In this document: piece after piece, positions 49,741-60,987 of the stretch
Layout: the number at the start of each line of letters is the position of its first letter
How positions within the stretch are numbered: the stretch's first letter is position 1
DNA from: an uncultured Gemmatimonadales bacterium
GTDB taxonomy: Bacteria; Gemmatimonadota; Gemmatimonadetes; Gemmatimonadales; GWC2-71-9
Assembly (NCBI GenBank): GCA_963695555.1
Contig: CAVOGR010000002.1
Coordinates: 224,001-288,000 of the forward strand
Direction: 5' to 3'
DNA: 64,000 bases
The notes under the pieces: generated by a model
Seen by the model: only the letters and a program-made list of their open reading frames with translations
The model's database searches: none
What the model was told of the DNA's origin: nothing
Made by a program: the position numbers and the translations under genes

Positions 49741-51035
49741 TTAGGCCAGCTCGAGAACGAGCGCGAACCCCATCCCACCTTGGGCGCAGATGGAAACGAG
49801 GCCGAATTGTGCGTCCCGCCGCTTCATCTCGTTGGCGAGCGTGGTCACCACCCGGGCGCCGGTGGCCCCGAAGGGATGGCCGATCGCGATCGAGCCACCC
49901 ATGACGTTGGTCTTGTCCCAGTCGACCTCACCAACGGGTTCACTGCGACCGAGGCGCGTGGCCCACTCCGTCGAGCCCCAAGCTTGCTCGTTCGACAGGA
50001 CCTGCGCCGCAAACGCCTCGTGGATCTCGACAACGCCGAGATCTCGCCAACCGATACCGGCCCGCTCCAACGCCGAGGGGACTGCAAACGCCGGTCCCAT
50101 CAACAGCTGCCAGTCCGGATCGACCGCGCTCACGGCATAGCTGCGAATGAAGGCAAGCGGCTCGTGGCCGAGGGCTCGCGCCTTGTCCTCGGCCATGAGG
50201 ATGACGGCGGCGGCCCCGTCGGTGAGGGGGAGCTGTTGCCCGCTGTCACGGTGCCATATCGCCGGTCGAAGGCCGGCCGGAGCTTGGCGAGCGCCTCCAA
50301 GGTGGTGTCCGGGCGGATCCCGTTATCGGTTGTAATGACGTCCTCTCCCTCGCGCACGTCGAGCCAGGGTACGATCTCAGCGGTCAGGCGACCGTCCGCG
50401 GTAGCGGCAGCTGCCCGGTGGTGGCTCATCAGGGCGAATCGATCCTGCGCCTCTCGGGAGATGTCGTTCTCCTTCGCCATCTTCTCGGCCGACTGACCCA
50501 TCGACTGCCCCGTCGAAGGCTCGGCAATGGCGGGGGCAATCGGAATGAGATCGCGAGGGCGGAGCCGGAGAAAGGCGCCCAGGCGCGCGCCCACGGAGCG
50601 CGCCTTGCTCGCCTGGACCAGGATTTCGCTGAAACGCCGGGAGTGTAGGATGGGGACTTGAGACAACGACTCGACTCCCCCGGCAAGCACGACATCCGCA
50701 TGGCCAAGGGCAATCTGATCGTGTCCGGAGGTGATGGCTTGCGCGGCCGAGGCGCAGGCGCGATTGAGCGAGAAGGCCGGAACCGTGCGCGGGAATTGGG
50801 GCAGCAGGCTCACTTCGCGTGCCACATTCGGGGTCAGGACGGAGGGCACGACTTGGCCGAAGATGACTTCGTCCACCTCGGAGCCCCGAAGGTCCGCTCG
50901 ATGGAGGAGCTCCTTGGCGACGTAGCGTGCCAGGCGGACGGGTGCGACATCGCGAAACGCGGTCCCTGCCTTAGCGAACGGTGTCCGTATTCCGCTGATG
51001 ATGGCCACTCGACGGCCTGCCGGAGCGGTTGTCAT
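49741..51035 (-). pseudogene. fadI: 3-ketoacyl-CoA thiolase with a 1-nt frameshift in a homopolymer at 50226-50230
   Basis: RTPF, NRACASA in the 5' ORF; GNSSP/LTDGA split; IHEAFA, GHPFGATG, CAQGG in the 3' ORF. Confidence 0.85.
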
Positions 51036-51150
51036 AGTGGAAAGCCCTTCCCCCTGGGTTGCCATTGGGGCCGTGCCCCATCGATTATCTCAGGAACGCC
51101 GGTGTGACACATCGAATTGATGCGGGCGCTCGACCTCGAACCATGGCGAC

Positions 51151-51696
51151 TCATCGGTTCTGGGCCACCACACTCGCCACCGCTCGCCACGTCTGGGCAT
51201 CGACCGGTTCGGTGACTTCCCGGCAGTGGATCACATCGAGCGGTGCCACGAGGCCGGGCAACTCCCCCGGTCGAAGCAAGTGCTCCTCACTCTGCGGGCC
51301 CCAGCCGAGGTCTCGTTGAGCGAGCGAGTAGGTTTCCATCAACAAGACGCCGCCAGGGGCAAGGCGATCCCGGACGTCGCCAATGCGGGACCGATCGAGG
51401 TAGTTGAACATCAAGACGATGTCGAACTGGCCGAGATCAGGCCAGGGAGCCTGGAGATCGACCTGTCGGAAATCTATCGAGACCCCTGCTTGGCCGGCCG
51501 CTGCCTGAGCGTCGGACAGCTTGGCCGCGTCACGGTCGAGCGCGATCACCGTGGCCCCACGGCCGGCCGCGGCGATGCTGTGCCTCCCTCTGCCACAGGC
51601 AAGGTCGAGCACCCGGACACCGGGAGTGATCAGGTAATCATGCCAGACGAACCAGGTACTGGGTCGGGCGAGGGCGGCAAGCGACGGTATGGACAC
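51151..51696 (-). CDS. Class I SAM-dependent methyltransferase (TehB-like)
   Basis: VLDLACGRGRHS, FDIVLMFNYL, LAPGG; start uncertain. Confidence 0.85.
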   Translation of the reverse strand: MSIPSLAALARPSTWFVWHDYLITPGVRVLDLACGRGRHSIAAAGRGATVIALDRDAAKLSDAQAAAGQAGVSIDFRQVDLQAPWPDLGQFDIVLMFNYLDRSRIGDVRDRLAPGGVLLMETYSLAQRDLGWGPQSEEHLLRPGELPGLVAPLDVIHCREVTEPVDAQTWRAVASVVAQNR

Positions 51697-53335
51697 TAAG
51701 GCCTCACCTGCACGACGGGCCACCCTCACGAGCCTCACCGTCCGGGCAGTCGATCTTCTCGTGATCGGAGGCGGAATAACGGGAGCAGGTATCGCCCGCG
51801 ATGCGGCCATGCGCGGCCTCAAGACCATCCTGGTCGAGCAGGGCGACCTTGGTTCTGGTACGAGTTCCCTGTCGAGCCGATTGATTCACGGCGGCCTCCG
51901 CTACCTGGAACACGGTCATCTTCGGCTCGTCCTCGAGGCAAGCAAGGAGCGGCGAGTCTTGCTCCACCTCGCCCCGCACTTGGTCCATCCGCTTCCGTTT
52001 GTCTTTCCGGTGCACCGAAGTGACCGGGTACCGCTGTGGAAGCTCATCGCCGGAATGTGGCTCTACGACCTGCTTGCGATGTTTCGGAATGTGCGGCGAC
52101 ACCGCCCCCTGAGCAAGCGCGGTGTGCTCGAAGCGGAACCGATGCTTCGCGAACGGGGCCTCGTCGGTGGCGCCCTCTACTACGACGCCCAATGCGACGA
52201 CGCACGGTTGACCCTCGCCACGGCGCGGTCGGCCATGGTGCACGGCGCCCTAGTCGCCACCTACATGCCGGTTACCGCCTTGGTGTTGGCCGACGGGACC
52301 GTGCGGGGCGTCCATGTCCGAGATGCGCTCACGGGACAGGAGGCCGTGCTCCACGCCAGCATCGTCGTCAACGCGACCGGGCCCTGGAGTGACCGGATTC
52401 GACGGATGGAGGACCCGTCGGCGCCCGCCCTATTGTGCCCCACCAAGGGGGCCCACGTCATGGTTCCCAGAAGCCGGGTCGGGAACCACCACGCCGTAAC
52501 CATCACCAGCCCGATCGACGGCCGGGTCATGTTCGTCCTCCCGTGGGGGGACCTCGCCTACATCGGGACCACCGACACCGATTCGGGCGAATCACCGGAG
52601 AGCGCCCATGCCACATCGGACGACGTCATCTATCTCCTCCGATCGGCCAATGCCTACTTCCCCAATGCCAGGCTTACCGAGGCCGACGTGGTGGCGTCTT
52701 GGGCCGGGCTCCGGCCGATGCTGGTGGCACCGCAGGGGGTCGCGGCCTCTGAACGGTCACGCGAACACCAGATCCATGTCGGGATCGGGGGAATGCTATC
52801 GATTGTCGGCGGGAAGCTGACCACCTACCGAATCATGGCGAGGGATGTCGTGAACCAGGCGGTTCGCCGGTTGCACGAGCTGGATGGCACCCGTTATCCG
52901 GTTCGCGCCGAGACCGACAAGGAGCCGCTCCCAGGAGGCGAGGCACAAGATCTTCAACCATTTCAACAGGCTCCGCGCGACTTGGGAGTGCCACTGGACA
53001 CAGTCGAACACTTGTTGAGGCACTACGGCACGGAGACCGCGGCCATCTGCAACCTGATTCGAGACGACCGGACCTTGCTCACACGCCTGCATCAAGACCA
53101 TCCGGCGATCGAGGCCGAAGTGGTACACTCCACCCGGAGAGAGCTGCCCCAGCACGTCGACGATTTCTTGATCCGCCGCATCCATCTCTACTATGAGGTC
53201 CGCGACCGCGGCGCCCCGGCCGCTGCGCGCGTAGCCGCCCTCATGGGGGCGGAGCTCGGCTGGGCTCCAGACCGGATCGCCGAGGAGGCCAAGCGTTATA
53301 CCGACTTGGTAGCCCAGAGTGCTCCCCATGACTGA
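51689..53335 (+). CDS. glpD: FAD-dependent glycerol-3-phosphate dehydrogenase
   Basis: IGGGITG, GTSSLSSRLIHGGLRYL, NATGPW, GGKLTTYR. Confidence 0.92.
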   Translation: MDTKASPARRATLTSLTVRAVDLLVIGGGITGAGIARDAAMRGLKTILVEQGDLGSGTSSLSSRLIHGGLRYLEHGHLRLVLEASKERRVLLHLAPHLVHPLPFVFPVHRSDRVPLWKLIAGMWLYDLLAMFRNVRRHRPLSKRGVLEAEPMLRERGLVGGALYYDAQCDDARLTLATARSAMVHGALVATYMPVTALVLADGTVRGVHVRDALTGQEAVLHASIVVNATGPWSDRIRRMEDPSAPALLCPTKGAHVMVPRSRVGNHHAVTITSPIDGRVMFVLPWGDLAYIGTTDTDSGESPESAHATSDDVIYLLRSANAYFPNARLTEADVVASWAGLRPMLVAPQGVAASERSREHQIHVGIGGMLSIVGGKLTTYRIMARDVVNQAVRRLHELDGTRYPVRAETDKEPLPGGEAQDLQPFQQAPRDLGVPLDTVEHLLRHYGTETAAICNLIRDDRTLLTRLHQDHPAIEAEVVHSTRRELPQHVDDFLIRRIHLYYEVRDRGAPAAARVAALMGAELGWAPDRIAEEAKRYTDLVAQSAPHD

Positions 53336-53455
53336 GGCTGACTGGGCCGACTTTCTGTCGTAGTCTCTTTGCCGCAGGTTATCTTACGACCCTTCGACCA
53401 GCGTGAAGTCCCTCGCTCGTCCGGCGCGGCCGCGAGCGACCGTAGGAGCAAAGCT

Positions 53456-56400
53456 TTGGATCCAAATCCATTCGAGACGGCAAACGCCGGGTTCGCCCAG
53501 GCGCTGTACGAGGAGTTCCTGCGCGACCCAGAGTCCGTGGGTCCCGCGTGGCGGAAGCTGTTTGAGAGCGGGGTCGTCGGCATGCCGCCGAGCGGACCCA
53601 ACGGCGCAGAGACCCGCCCGGCAGAGCCTCTACCGGCGCCAGCCAGCGAGTCCCTGCCCCCCGGCGCCGAGCCCATCACGGGTCCTGCCGCTCGGCTCGT
53701 TCTGAACATGGCCGAGAGTCTCACCGTGCCTACGGCAACGAGCTTTCGCGACGTGCCGGTGTCCGTGCTCGAGCGCCGCCGAAAGGAACTCAACGAGGCA
53801 CGTTCTGCCGCGGGGCAGGCCGACAAGATCTCCTACACACACCTCATCGGCTATGCGCTGATGGTGGCGGCTCGATCGCACCGCGGCATGGCGCACTCGC
53901 TCCGCATGATCGATGGGGTGCCCCATCGAATCGTCCCACCGGAGATCAGCCTGGGGCTCGCGGTCGACATCCAACGCAAGGATGGGAGTCGGGGGCTGGT
54001 CGTGCCGGTCATTCGTGGCGCGAGCGGCATGGGCTTCGCCGAGTTCTATGCGGCGTACGAGGCAGTGGTCGCCAAGGCCCGCAGCCACAGACTCATGCCG
54101 GATGACTTTGTCGGCGCCACAATGACACTGACCAATCCGGGCGGGCTGGGCACGGTCGCTTCCGTACCCCGCCTGATGGCTGGGCAGGGCACCATTGTGG
54201 CCGTCGGATCCATTGGCGTCCCAGCTGCGTTCGCGGACAGCCACCCTGGCCAGGTCCAAGCCTTCGGCGTCAACAAGGTGATGACCCTGACCAGCACTTA
54301 TGATCACCGCGTGATCCAGGGCGCCGAGTCGGGAGAGTTTCTGGGCGCGGTGGACGGACTGCTGCAAGGGAACGACGGATTCTATGACCAGGTGGCGGCT
54401 GATCTCGGATTGACGATCGGCCCGTCCCCACGGGGCGGTGTGCCCCTCGAGTCGGTCCCTATCTCCATGCCAGCGGTGGTGGGAACGCGACCCCGCGAGG
54501 CAGCACCGGACGATTTGACGCACGTTGCCGCGGCAATACGTTTGGTCGAAGCACTGCGGACCTTCGGGCACCTGGCCGCCCGCCTCGATCCGTTGGGAGC
54601 CAAACCCATCGGCGACCCCTCACTCGATCCCGTATCGGTCGGGCTGACGCCCGAGATCATGGCCGCGATCCCGGCCCAGGTCCTCCGCATTGCCGTCCCG
54701 GGCGAGACGCTAGCCGAAGCGTTACCCCATCTCGAAACGACATACTGCGGAACGATCGCGTACGAGATCGAGCACATCGACAATCACGACGAGCGGGTAT
54801 GGCTACGTCGTGTTATCGAATCGGGAATGTACCGCGCCCATCTCACGCCCGAGGAACAGCACCGCCTCCTGACCAGGCTGACCGAGGTCGAGACGTTAGA
54901 GCAATTCCTTCACAAGGCCTACCTCGGACACAAGCGCTTCTCGATCGAAGGCGTGGATGCGGTGGTCCCAATGTTGGACCTGGCCATCGAGAGCGCCGCC
55001 GAGGGTGGCGCTCGCGAGGTCGTCGTCGGCATGGCGCACCGAGGCCGGTTGAATGTCCTCGCCCATACGGTGGGCCGACCGTACGAGACCATCTTCGCCG
55101 AGTTCGAGGGAGGTAGGCACGTCGAAGCCGGCCGACTCACCCCTGAAGGCGGGACAGGCGACGTCAAGTATCACCATGGCGCGGAGGGCGCCTATCAGAC
55201 TGCCAGCGGACGGGCTGTCACCATTACGCTGTCCCCGAATCCCAGCCATCTCGAATACGTCAACCCGGTTGTCTGCGGTTGGGCTCGCGCGGAGCAGACC
55301 CAGCGACAGCGACAAATTGCCTCGCACGATCCGACCACCGCGCTTCCCATCCTCATCCATGGGGACGCGGCATTTGCTGGGGAGGGCATCGTAGCAGAGA
55401 CGCTCAACCTCAGCGCGCTGCGTGGCTACGGTACCGGCGGCACTCTTCACATCATTACCAACAACCAGATCGGTTTCACAACCGACATGCAGGATGCGCG
55501 CTCCACGTATTACGCGAGCGACCTCGCTAAGGGCTTCGATCTTCCGATCATCCACGTGAACGCCGACGATCCGGAGGCATGTCTGGATGCGGTACGACTG
55601 GCCATGGCGTACCGGAGCCGGTTTCACAAGGATGTCCTGATCGATCTCGTCGGGTACCGGCGTCATGGGCATAACGAAGGAGACGAACCTGCATATACGC
55701 AGCCGCTCATGACAGCGCGCATCAAGGAACTCCCGACGGTGCGCGAACGCTACGCCGACCGTCTCGCGGCCGCCGGGTCGATCGAGGGCGAGACCGCAGA
55801 GCGCGAGCGCGAAGCACAGTACCAGCGGCTGGTCGAGACCCACACCGCGTTCAAGTCATCCAGCCCGAAGACACCGCACATGGACGAGCCGGAGCGCGCC
55901 GGGACGCCGAGTGGGTTCGTGACCAGTGCGGTGCCGGCCGAGTTGTTATTGGCGTTGAATGACCAGCTGTTGCGCTGGCCCGAGGGGTTCACGGTCCATC
56001 CCAAGCTGGCGAAGCAGCTCGAGCGGCGCCGAGGGGCGCTTGGCGAAGAGCCCGCGATCGAATGGGCCCACGCCGAAGCGTTGGCGTTCGCGTCCCTCCT
56101 CTCGGAGGGAGTCCCCGTGCGTCTCACCGGACAAGACACGGAGCGCGGCACGTTCAGTCAACGGCATCTGGTGCACCATGACATCGTGACCGGCGAACGA
56201 TACGCTCCGATTCAGCACCTGCCCGGCGCACAGGCATCCATGGAGGTGTACAATAGTCCTCTCTCGGAAATGGGAGCCTTGGGTTTCGAATACGGATACG
56301 CTGCCGCGGCGCCGGACACCATGGTGCTGTGGGAGGCGCAGTTCGGCGATTTCATCAATAGCGCGCAAGTCATCGTCGATCAGTTCATTACGTCGAGCCT

Positions 56401-57091
56401 GTCCAAGTGGGGAGTTACGTCCCGCCTCACCTTGCTCTTGCCGCACGGCTATGAGGGCCAGGGCCCTGAGCACTCGAGCGCGCGCCTCGAGCGGTTTCTC
56501 GATCTTGCGGCAGAGCGGAATATCCGCTTAGCCAACTGCACCACACCGGGGCAGTACTTCCACCTTCTCCGACTCCAGGCATTGCGGCAGCGGGGCCTGC
56601 CATTGGTCATCATGACCCCGAAAAGTCTCCTCCGTTTGCCGCAGGCCCTCTCCCGACTCGAAGAGCTGTCGACCGGACGGTTCACCCGGGTGATGGACAA
56701 CACGGCACTGACCCCGAATCCGGATGCGGTTCGCCGAATTCTCCTCTGTTCGGGGAAGATCTACTACGACCTCATGGAGCAGGTGGGCAACCCGGGACCA
56801 GACGTGCCTGCCATCATCCGCCTGGAGCAACTCTACCCATTCCCCACGGACGAGCTGGTGCCGGTGCTCGCACGATACCCCGCGGCCACCGAGTTGGTGT
56901 GGGTCCAGGAGGAGCCGCGAAACATGGGCGCGTGGCGGTTTGTCCACGAGCAGATGCACAAACTCCTCCCGGACCAACCCGAGGTCCGCTATGTCGGTCG
57001 GCCCGAGCGGGCCAGCCCGGCCGAAGGCTATCCGGCACTTCACCAGCAAGAGCAACAGCACGTCATTGCCCACGCTTTAGGGCTTTCCTAA
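53456..57091 (+). CDS. sucA: Multifunctional 2-oxoglutarate dehydrogenase E1 with fused succinyltransferase domain (Kgd/OdhA type)
   Basis: AGGAG plus TTG; E2-like YDHRVIQGAESG; GMAHRGRLN, HGDAA, GHNE, WEAQFGDF, GPEHSSAR. Confidence 0.92.
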   Translation: MDPNPFETANAGFAQALYEEFLRDPESVGPAWRKLFESGVVGMPPSGPNGAETRPAEPLPAPASESLPPGAEPITGPAARLVLNMAESLTVPTATSFRDVPVSVLERRRKELNEARSAAGQADKISYTHLIGYALMVAARSHRGMAHSLRMIDGVPHRIVPPEISLGLAVDIQRKDGSRGLVVPVIRGASGMGFAEFYAAYEAVVAKARSHRLMPDDFVGATMTLTNPGGLGTVASVPRLMAGQGTIVAVGSIGVPAAFADSHPGQVQAFGVNKVMTLTSTYDHRVIQGAESGEFLGAVDGLLQGNDGFYDQVAADLGLTIGPSPRGGVPLESVPISMPAVVGTRPREAAPDDLTHVAAAIRLVEALRTFGHLAARLDPLGAKPIGDPSLDPVSVGLTPEIMAAIPAQVLRIAVPGETLAEALPHLETTYCGTIAYEIEHIDNHDERVWLRRVIESGMYRAHLTPEEQHRLLTRLTEVETLEQFLHKAYLGHKRFSIEGVDAVVPMLDLAIESAAEGGAREVVVGMAHRGRLNVLAHTVGRPYETIFAEFEGGRHVEAGRLTPEGGTGDVKYHHGAEGAYQTASGRAVTITLSPNPSHLEYVNPVVCGWARAEQTQRQRQIASHDPTTALPILIHGDAAFAGEGIVAETLNLSALRGYGTGGTLHIITNNQIGFTTDMQDARSTYYASDLAKGFDLPIIHVNADDPEACLDAVRLAMAYRSRFHKDVLIDLVGYRRHGHNEGDEPAYTQPLMTARIKELPTVRERYADRLAAAGSIEGETAEREREAQYQRLVETHTAFKSSSPKTPHMDEPERAGTPSGFVTSAVPAELLLALNDQLLRWPEGFTVHPKLAKQLERRRGALGEEPAIEWAHAEALAFASLLSEGVPVRLTGQDTERGTFSQRHLVHHDIVTGERYAPIQHLPGAQASMEVYNSPLSEMGALGFEYGYAAAAPDTMVLWEAQFGDFINSAQVIVDQFITSSLSKWGVTSRLTLLLPHGYEGQGPEHSSARLERFLDLAAERNIRLANCTTPGQYFHLLRLQALRQRGLPLVIMTPKSLLRLPQALSRLEELSTGRFTRVMDNTALTPNPDAVRRILLCSGKIYYDLMEQVGNPGPDVPAIIRLEQLYPFPTDELVPVLARYPAATELVWVQEEPRNMGAWRFVHEQMHKLLPDQPEVRYVGRPERASPAEGYPALHQQEQQHVIAHALGLS

Positions 57092-57137
57092 TCGGCTAAC
57101 CTTCACCGCCTCGTTCCGATGCGCGGTCCTTGACCCG

Positions 57138-58118
57138 ATGCGAATCTGCCTTGTCATCGACGCGGAACTGCCAGCTCGGCGCTACGGCGGAACCGAGCGG
57201 GTCGTGGTCACGCTGGGCCGTGCCCTCCGCGAACTCGGCCACGGTGTCACCTATCTTGCCCGGCCCCGCTCGCGCATCGATTTCGCCGACGTCCAGCCCC
57301 TCGACCGGGGGCGTCCGCTCGAAGCCCAGATCCCCGGAGGGACGGACATCGTCCACCTGCACACCGCTCTCCCACTACCAGAGGGCGTCCCCGCCTGCCG
57401 GACCATTCATGGCAACACCCGCGAGGCCACGGTATTTCCCCCCAATACCATCTTCGTCTCACACAGCCACGCCCGGAACCACGGCGCGACCGCATTCGTC
57501 CACAACGGGATCGATGCCCGCGACTACGGACCCGTCGAATTTACCGCGCCGCGCGACGCATTCGTCTTCCTCGCCAAGGCCGCGTGGCACGTAAAGAACG
57601 TGCGGGGGGCGATCCGCGTCGCCCGTCTCGCGGGAGCGCCGATCGACATCCTCGGCGGCCACCGGCTCAATTTCTCCATGGGGTTCCGGCTCACACTCAG
57701 TCCGAGCGCTCGTTTCCACGGCATGGTCGACGATGCGGCGAAGACCCCGGTCCTGCGCCGCGCGCGCGGCCTCATCTTTCCGGTCCTGTGGCCGGAGCCC
57801 TTCGGCCTCGCGGTGATCGAGAGCCTCTACTTCGGTGTTCCCGTCTTCGCGACGCCCTATGGATCGCTGCCCGAGCTTGTCCCCGCCGAGGCGGGCTGCC
57901 TATCCAGCGAGGCCGCTCGTCTCGCGGAGGCGGCGCGTGACTGGGAGAGCTACGACCGGCGAGCGATCCACGCCTGGTGGGCGCAGCACTTCACCGCCGA
58001 GGCTATGGCGCGCCGCTACCTCGAGTACTACACCTCGATCCTCGACGGCGAGGACCTCCATCCGGGGCCGATCTCAGCGCCCCTCGTTCGCAAGCCCGGA
58101 CTCCTCCCATGGAGCTGA
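57138..58118 (+). CDS. GT4-family glycosyltransferase
   Basis: YGGTERVV, HNGID, EPFGLAVIE, FT...MARRY. Confidence 0.9.
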   Translation: MRICLVIDAELPARRYGGTERVVVTLGRALRELGHGVTYLARPRSRIDFADVQPLDRGRPLEAQIPGGTDIVHLHTALPLPEGVPACRTIHGNTREATVFPPNTIFVSHSHARNHGATAFVHNGIDARDYGPVEFTAPRDAFVFLAKAAWHVKNVRGAIRVARLAGAPIDILGGHRLNFSMGFRLTLSPSARFHGMVDDAAKTPVLRRARGLIFPVLWPEPFGLAVIESLYFGVPVFATPYGSLPELVPAEAGCLSSEAARLAEAARDWESYDRRAIHAWWAQHFTAEAMARRYLEYYTSILDGEDLHPGPISAPLVRKPGLLPWS

Positions 58119-58245
58119 ATGCGCCACCAACCTCGGGGTCGCGGAGGCGCTCGCCGCGGCCAGCTTGCTGAGGCTCGAGGTGGACGAGGGTCTAGTCCCT
58201 GGCTTAGGGGACGTGTTTGTGAAGGAAGTTTCGGTTGGGGGGAGA

Positions 58246-58274
58246 GAAGGGCGCGCTTGGGCGGCGCGCCCTTC
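58246..58274. terminator. Hairpin just after the HNH gene stop
   Basis: GAAGGGCGCGC-TTGGGCG-GCGCGCCCTTC. Confidence 0.6.
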
Positions 58275-58280
58275 GGCTAG

Positions 58281-58700
58281 TTACGCGCTCTTGGACGGCG
58301 ACATGGGCCGCTCAGAGGCCTTGCGCGCCAGGTCCAGCAGCGGCTCCGACAGGTGCTCGCCGTAGTGAGCGAGAAACACGCCGCGGGAGCGCTTGGCCAA
58401 GAGAAAGGCGAGCAAGGGTTTGTCCGCCTTTTCCGCGTTGCAGGTCCGGCACGCCAGGACCAGGTTGTCGGGTCTGTCATAGGCCGACTTGCCCCGGCGT
58501 GGCGTGACGTGATCGAGAGTGATCGAGTGCTCCTGCGACTCCGCGCCGCAGTAGGCGCAGACTGGTCCATGCTGCTCGAGCAGCCACTCGCGATGAGCCT
58601 GGGGAGAACGTCCGCTTGACCGACGAAGTGAGGTGCGGGAAACCGATGCGGAAGGCGAGGATGAGCGGGGTGATCTGTGAATTCGTCTTCGTGTTGCCAC
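58281..58700 (-). CDS. Stand-alone HNH endonuclease (zinc-finger type)
   Basis: CAYC..TLDHVTPRRG..DNLVLACRTCNAEK. Confidence 0.88.
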   Translation of the reverse strand: MATRRRIHRSPRSSSPSASVSRTSLRRSSGRSPQAHREWLLEQHGPVCAYCGAESQEHSITLDHVTPRRGKSAYDRPDNLVLACRTCNAEKADKPLLAFLLAKRSRGVFLAHYGEHLSEPLLDLARKASERPMSPSKSA

Positions 58701-58923
58701 AAATATCCAAACAAAAGAGGTGTACTCAGGGGCCCGGACTCTCCGGACCCACGGGAACTCGACATGAGCTCATATCAAGAATAATGCCAGAAACCCCAAG
58801 CCGCCACCTTCCGGGCTGCTGCCCCGGCGCTCGAGGGCCGGGTGGCCCTGACCCCGCCCGAGGTTATTTTCTCCAGACCTTGCCGATCCCGGCTATGCGC
58901 TCCCTCGCACAAGGAGTCCCATC

Positions 58924-60987
58924 CTGACGCTCGAGGCCGCCCGCGCCCAAGAGGGCACCGCCATTTTCCCCGCCATCGACGATCCGCAGGCCTGGACCAG
59001 TATCAACACGATTCGCGCCCTCGCCATGGATGCGATCGAACAGGCCAAGAGCGGCCACCCAGGGGCACCCTTGGGGCTTGCCCCGGCGGCCTACGTGCTC
59101 TGGCAACGTCATCTCCGTCACAGCCCGCACCATCCGGACTGGGTCAACCGCGATCGCTTCGTCTTGTCGTGCGGGCACGCATCGATGTTGCTCTACAGCT
59201 TGCTGCACCTCACCGGCTACGACCTTCCGCTGGATGAGCTTCGCCGGTTTCGGCAATGGGGCTCCCACACCCCGGGCCATCCCGAGCGCGGGGTCACCCC
59301 CGGCGTCGAGGTGACCACCGGGCCTTTGGGCCAAGGGGTCGGCAACGCCGTGGGAATGGCCATCGCGGAGCGAGTCCTTGCGGGCGAATTCAACCAGCCG
59401 GGATTCCCGGTGATCGATCACCGGGTCTTTGGCTTCGTGAGTGACGGCGACCTCATGGAAGGCGTCGCGAGCGAGGCCGCCTCCTTGGCCGGTCATCTCA
59501 AGCTTGGCAAGCTGACCCTCATCTACGACAACAACCACATCACCATCGACGGATCCACTGCCCTGGCCTTCACGGAGGACGTCGGGCGCCGGTTCGAGGC
59601 TTATGGCTGGCAAGTGCGACGAGTGGACAACGGCAACGATCTGGCTGCAATCGACCGCGCGCTGGCAGCTGCCACCGCGTCGGTCGACGCTGGTCCCAAT
59701 TTGATCATCCTCCGGACAGAGATCGGCGATCCCGCGCCGACCAAGAAGGGGACCGCCGCCGCCCACGGTGCCCCGCTCGGAGCCGAGGAAGTCCGGCGCA
59801 CCAAGCAGATCATGGGATTTCCGACCGAACCAGCGTTCTATGTTCCGCCCGAGACGTATGACGATATGCGCCGCGCCGAGGCGCGTGGGGATGGGTGGGT
59901 GGAACGATGGACCACGCTGTACGACGACTATCGCGTGGCCCACCCCTCGTTGGGCCGGGAACTCGAGCGCCGCCTCGCCGGGCGGTTGCCGGAGGGGTGG
60001 GCAGGCCACTTGCCGAGCTTCGCGGCGTCCGATGCAAGGCTGGCCACGCGCCAGGCATCGGCCACCACCCTCAAGGCACTCTCCTCCGTGCTACCGGAGC
60101 TCATCGGTGGTTCGGCGGACTTGAGCGAGAGCACCGGCACGGTGTTGCCGGAACTCGGCGTGTTTGGCCCCGACCAGCCGGGGCGCAATTTTCATTGGGG
60201 AATCCGGGAACACGGCATGATGGCGTGCTTGAACGGAATGGCCGCACACGGCGGAGTGCGGCCCTATGGCAGCACGTTTCTGATCTTCGCCGACTATCTC
60301 AAGCCGGCGCTCCGTTTGGCGGCATTGTCGCACTTGCCAGTGATTCTCGTGGCGACGCATGACTCGATCGGTTTGGGAGAGGACGGACCAACCCATCAAC
60401 CGGTGGAGCAGCTCGCCATGTTGCGCGCCATGCCGAACCTCGTGGTCATACGCCCTGCCGATGCCGCGGAAACCGTCGAGGCGTGGCGAACGGCTCTTGA
60501 GCATCGCGACGGGCCCGTGGTGCTGGCTCTTACGCGGCAGAAGCTCCCGGTGCTCGACCGCGCGCGCTACGGATCGGCCACCGGAACGCGCCGCGGCGCT
60601 TACGTGCTATTCGATCCACCGGAGCCATGTGTGGCCGTGCTGATCGCGACCGGCTCGGAGGTTGCCCTTGCGCTCGATGCCGCTGCACAGCTCCTGGACC
60701 AGGGCGTCCCCACCCGAGTCGTATCGATGCCGTCGTGGGAGTTGTTCGAGACCCAGCCGGCGGAGTACCGAAACGAGGTGCTTCCTGCCAATATCCGTGC
60801 GCGTGTCGCCATCGAAGCGGGCGCTTCGATGGGATGGGCACGATACACCACCGACGACGGCCTCACGATCGGGTTGGATCATTTTGGTGCCTCGGCACCT
60901 GCCACTGAATTGTTCGCCCAGTTCGGATTCACGGTTGAGCGCGCCGTGGAGGCCGTGAAGCACGTCTCAGGACGGAGATCGCGATGA
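58924..60987 (+). CDS. tkt: Transketolase (probable CTG start)
   Basis: [52 protein letters not shown]. Confidence 0.93.
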   Translation: MTLEAARAQEGTAIFPAIDDPQAWTSINTIRALAMDAIEQAKSGHPGAPLGLAPAAYVLWQRHLRHSPHHPDWVNRDRFVLSCGHASMLLYSLLHLTGYDLPLDELRRFRQWGSHTPGHPERGVTPGVEVTTGPLGQGVGNAVGMAIAERVLAGEFNQPGFPVIDHRVFGFVSDGDLMEGVASEAASLAGHLKLGKLTLIYDNNHITIDGSTALAFTEDVGRRFEAYGWQVRRVDNGNDLAAIDRALAAATASVDAGPNLIILRTEIGDPAPTKKGTAAAHGAPLGAEEVRRTKQIMGFPTEPAFYVPPETYDDMRRAEARGDGWVERWTTLYDDYRVAHPSLGRELERRLAGRLPEGWAGHLPSFAASDARLATRQASATTLKALSSVLPELIGGSADLSESTGTVLPELGVFGPDQPGRNFHWGIREHGMMACLNGMAAHGGVRPYGSTFLIFADYLKPALRLAALSHLPVILVATHDSIGLGEDGPTHQPVEQLAMLRAMPNLVVIRPADAAETVEAWRTALEHRDGPVVLALTRQKLPVLDRARYGSATGTRRGAYVLFDPPEPCVAVLIATGSEVALALDAAAQLLDQGVPTRVVSMPSWELFETQPAEYRNEVLPANIRARVAIEAGASMGWARYTTDDGLTIGLDHFGASAPATELFAQFGFTVERAVEAVKHVSGRRSR

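Noticed and set aside
51689..51696. Head-to-head overlap of methyltransferase and glpD starts
   Set aside because: Start codons are too uncertain to claim a real overlap
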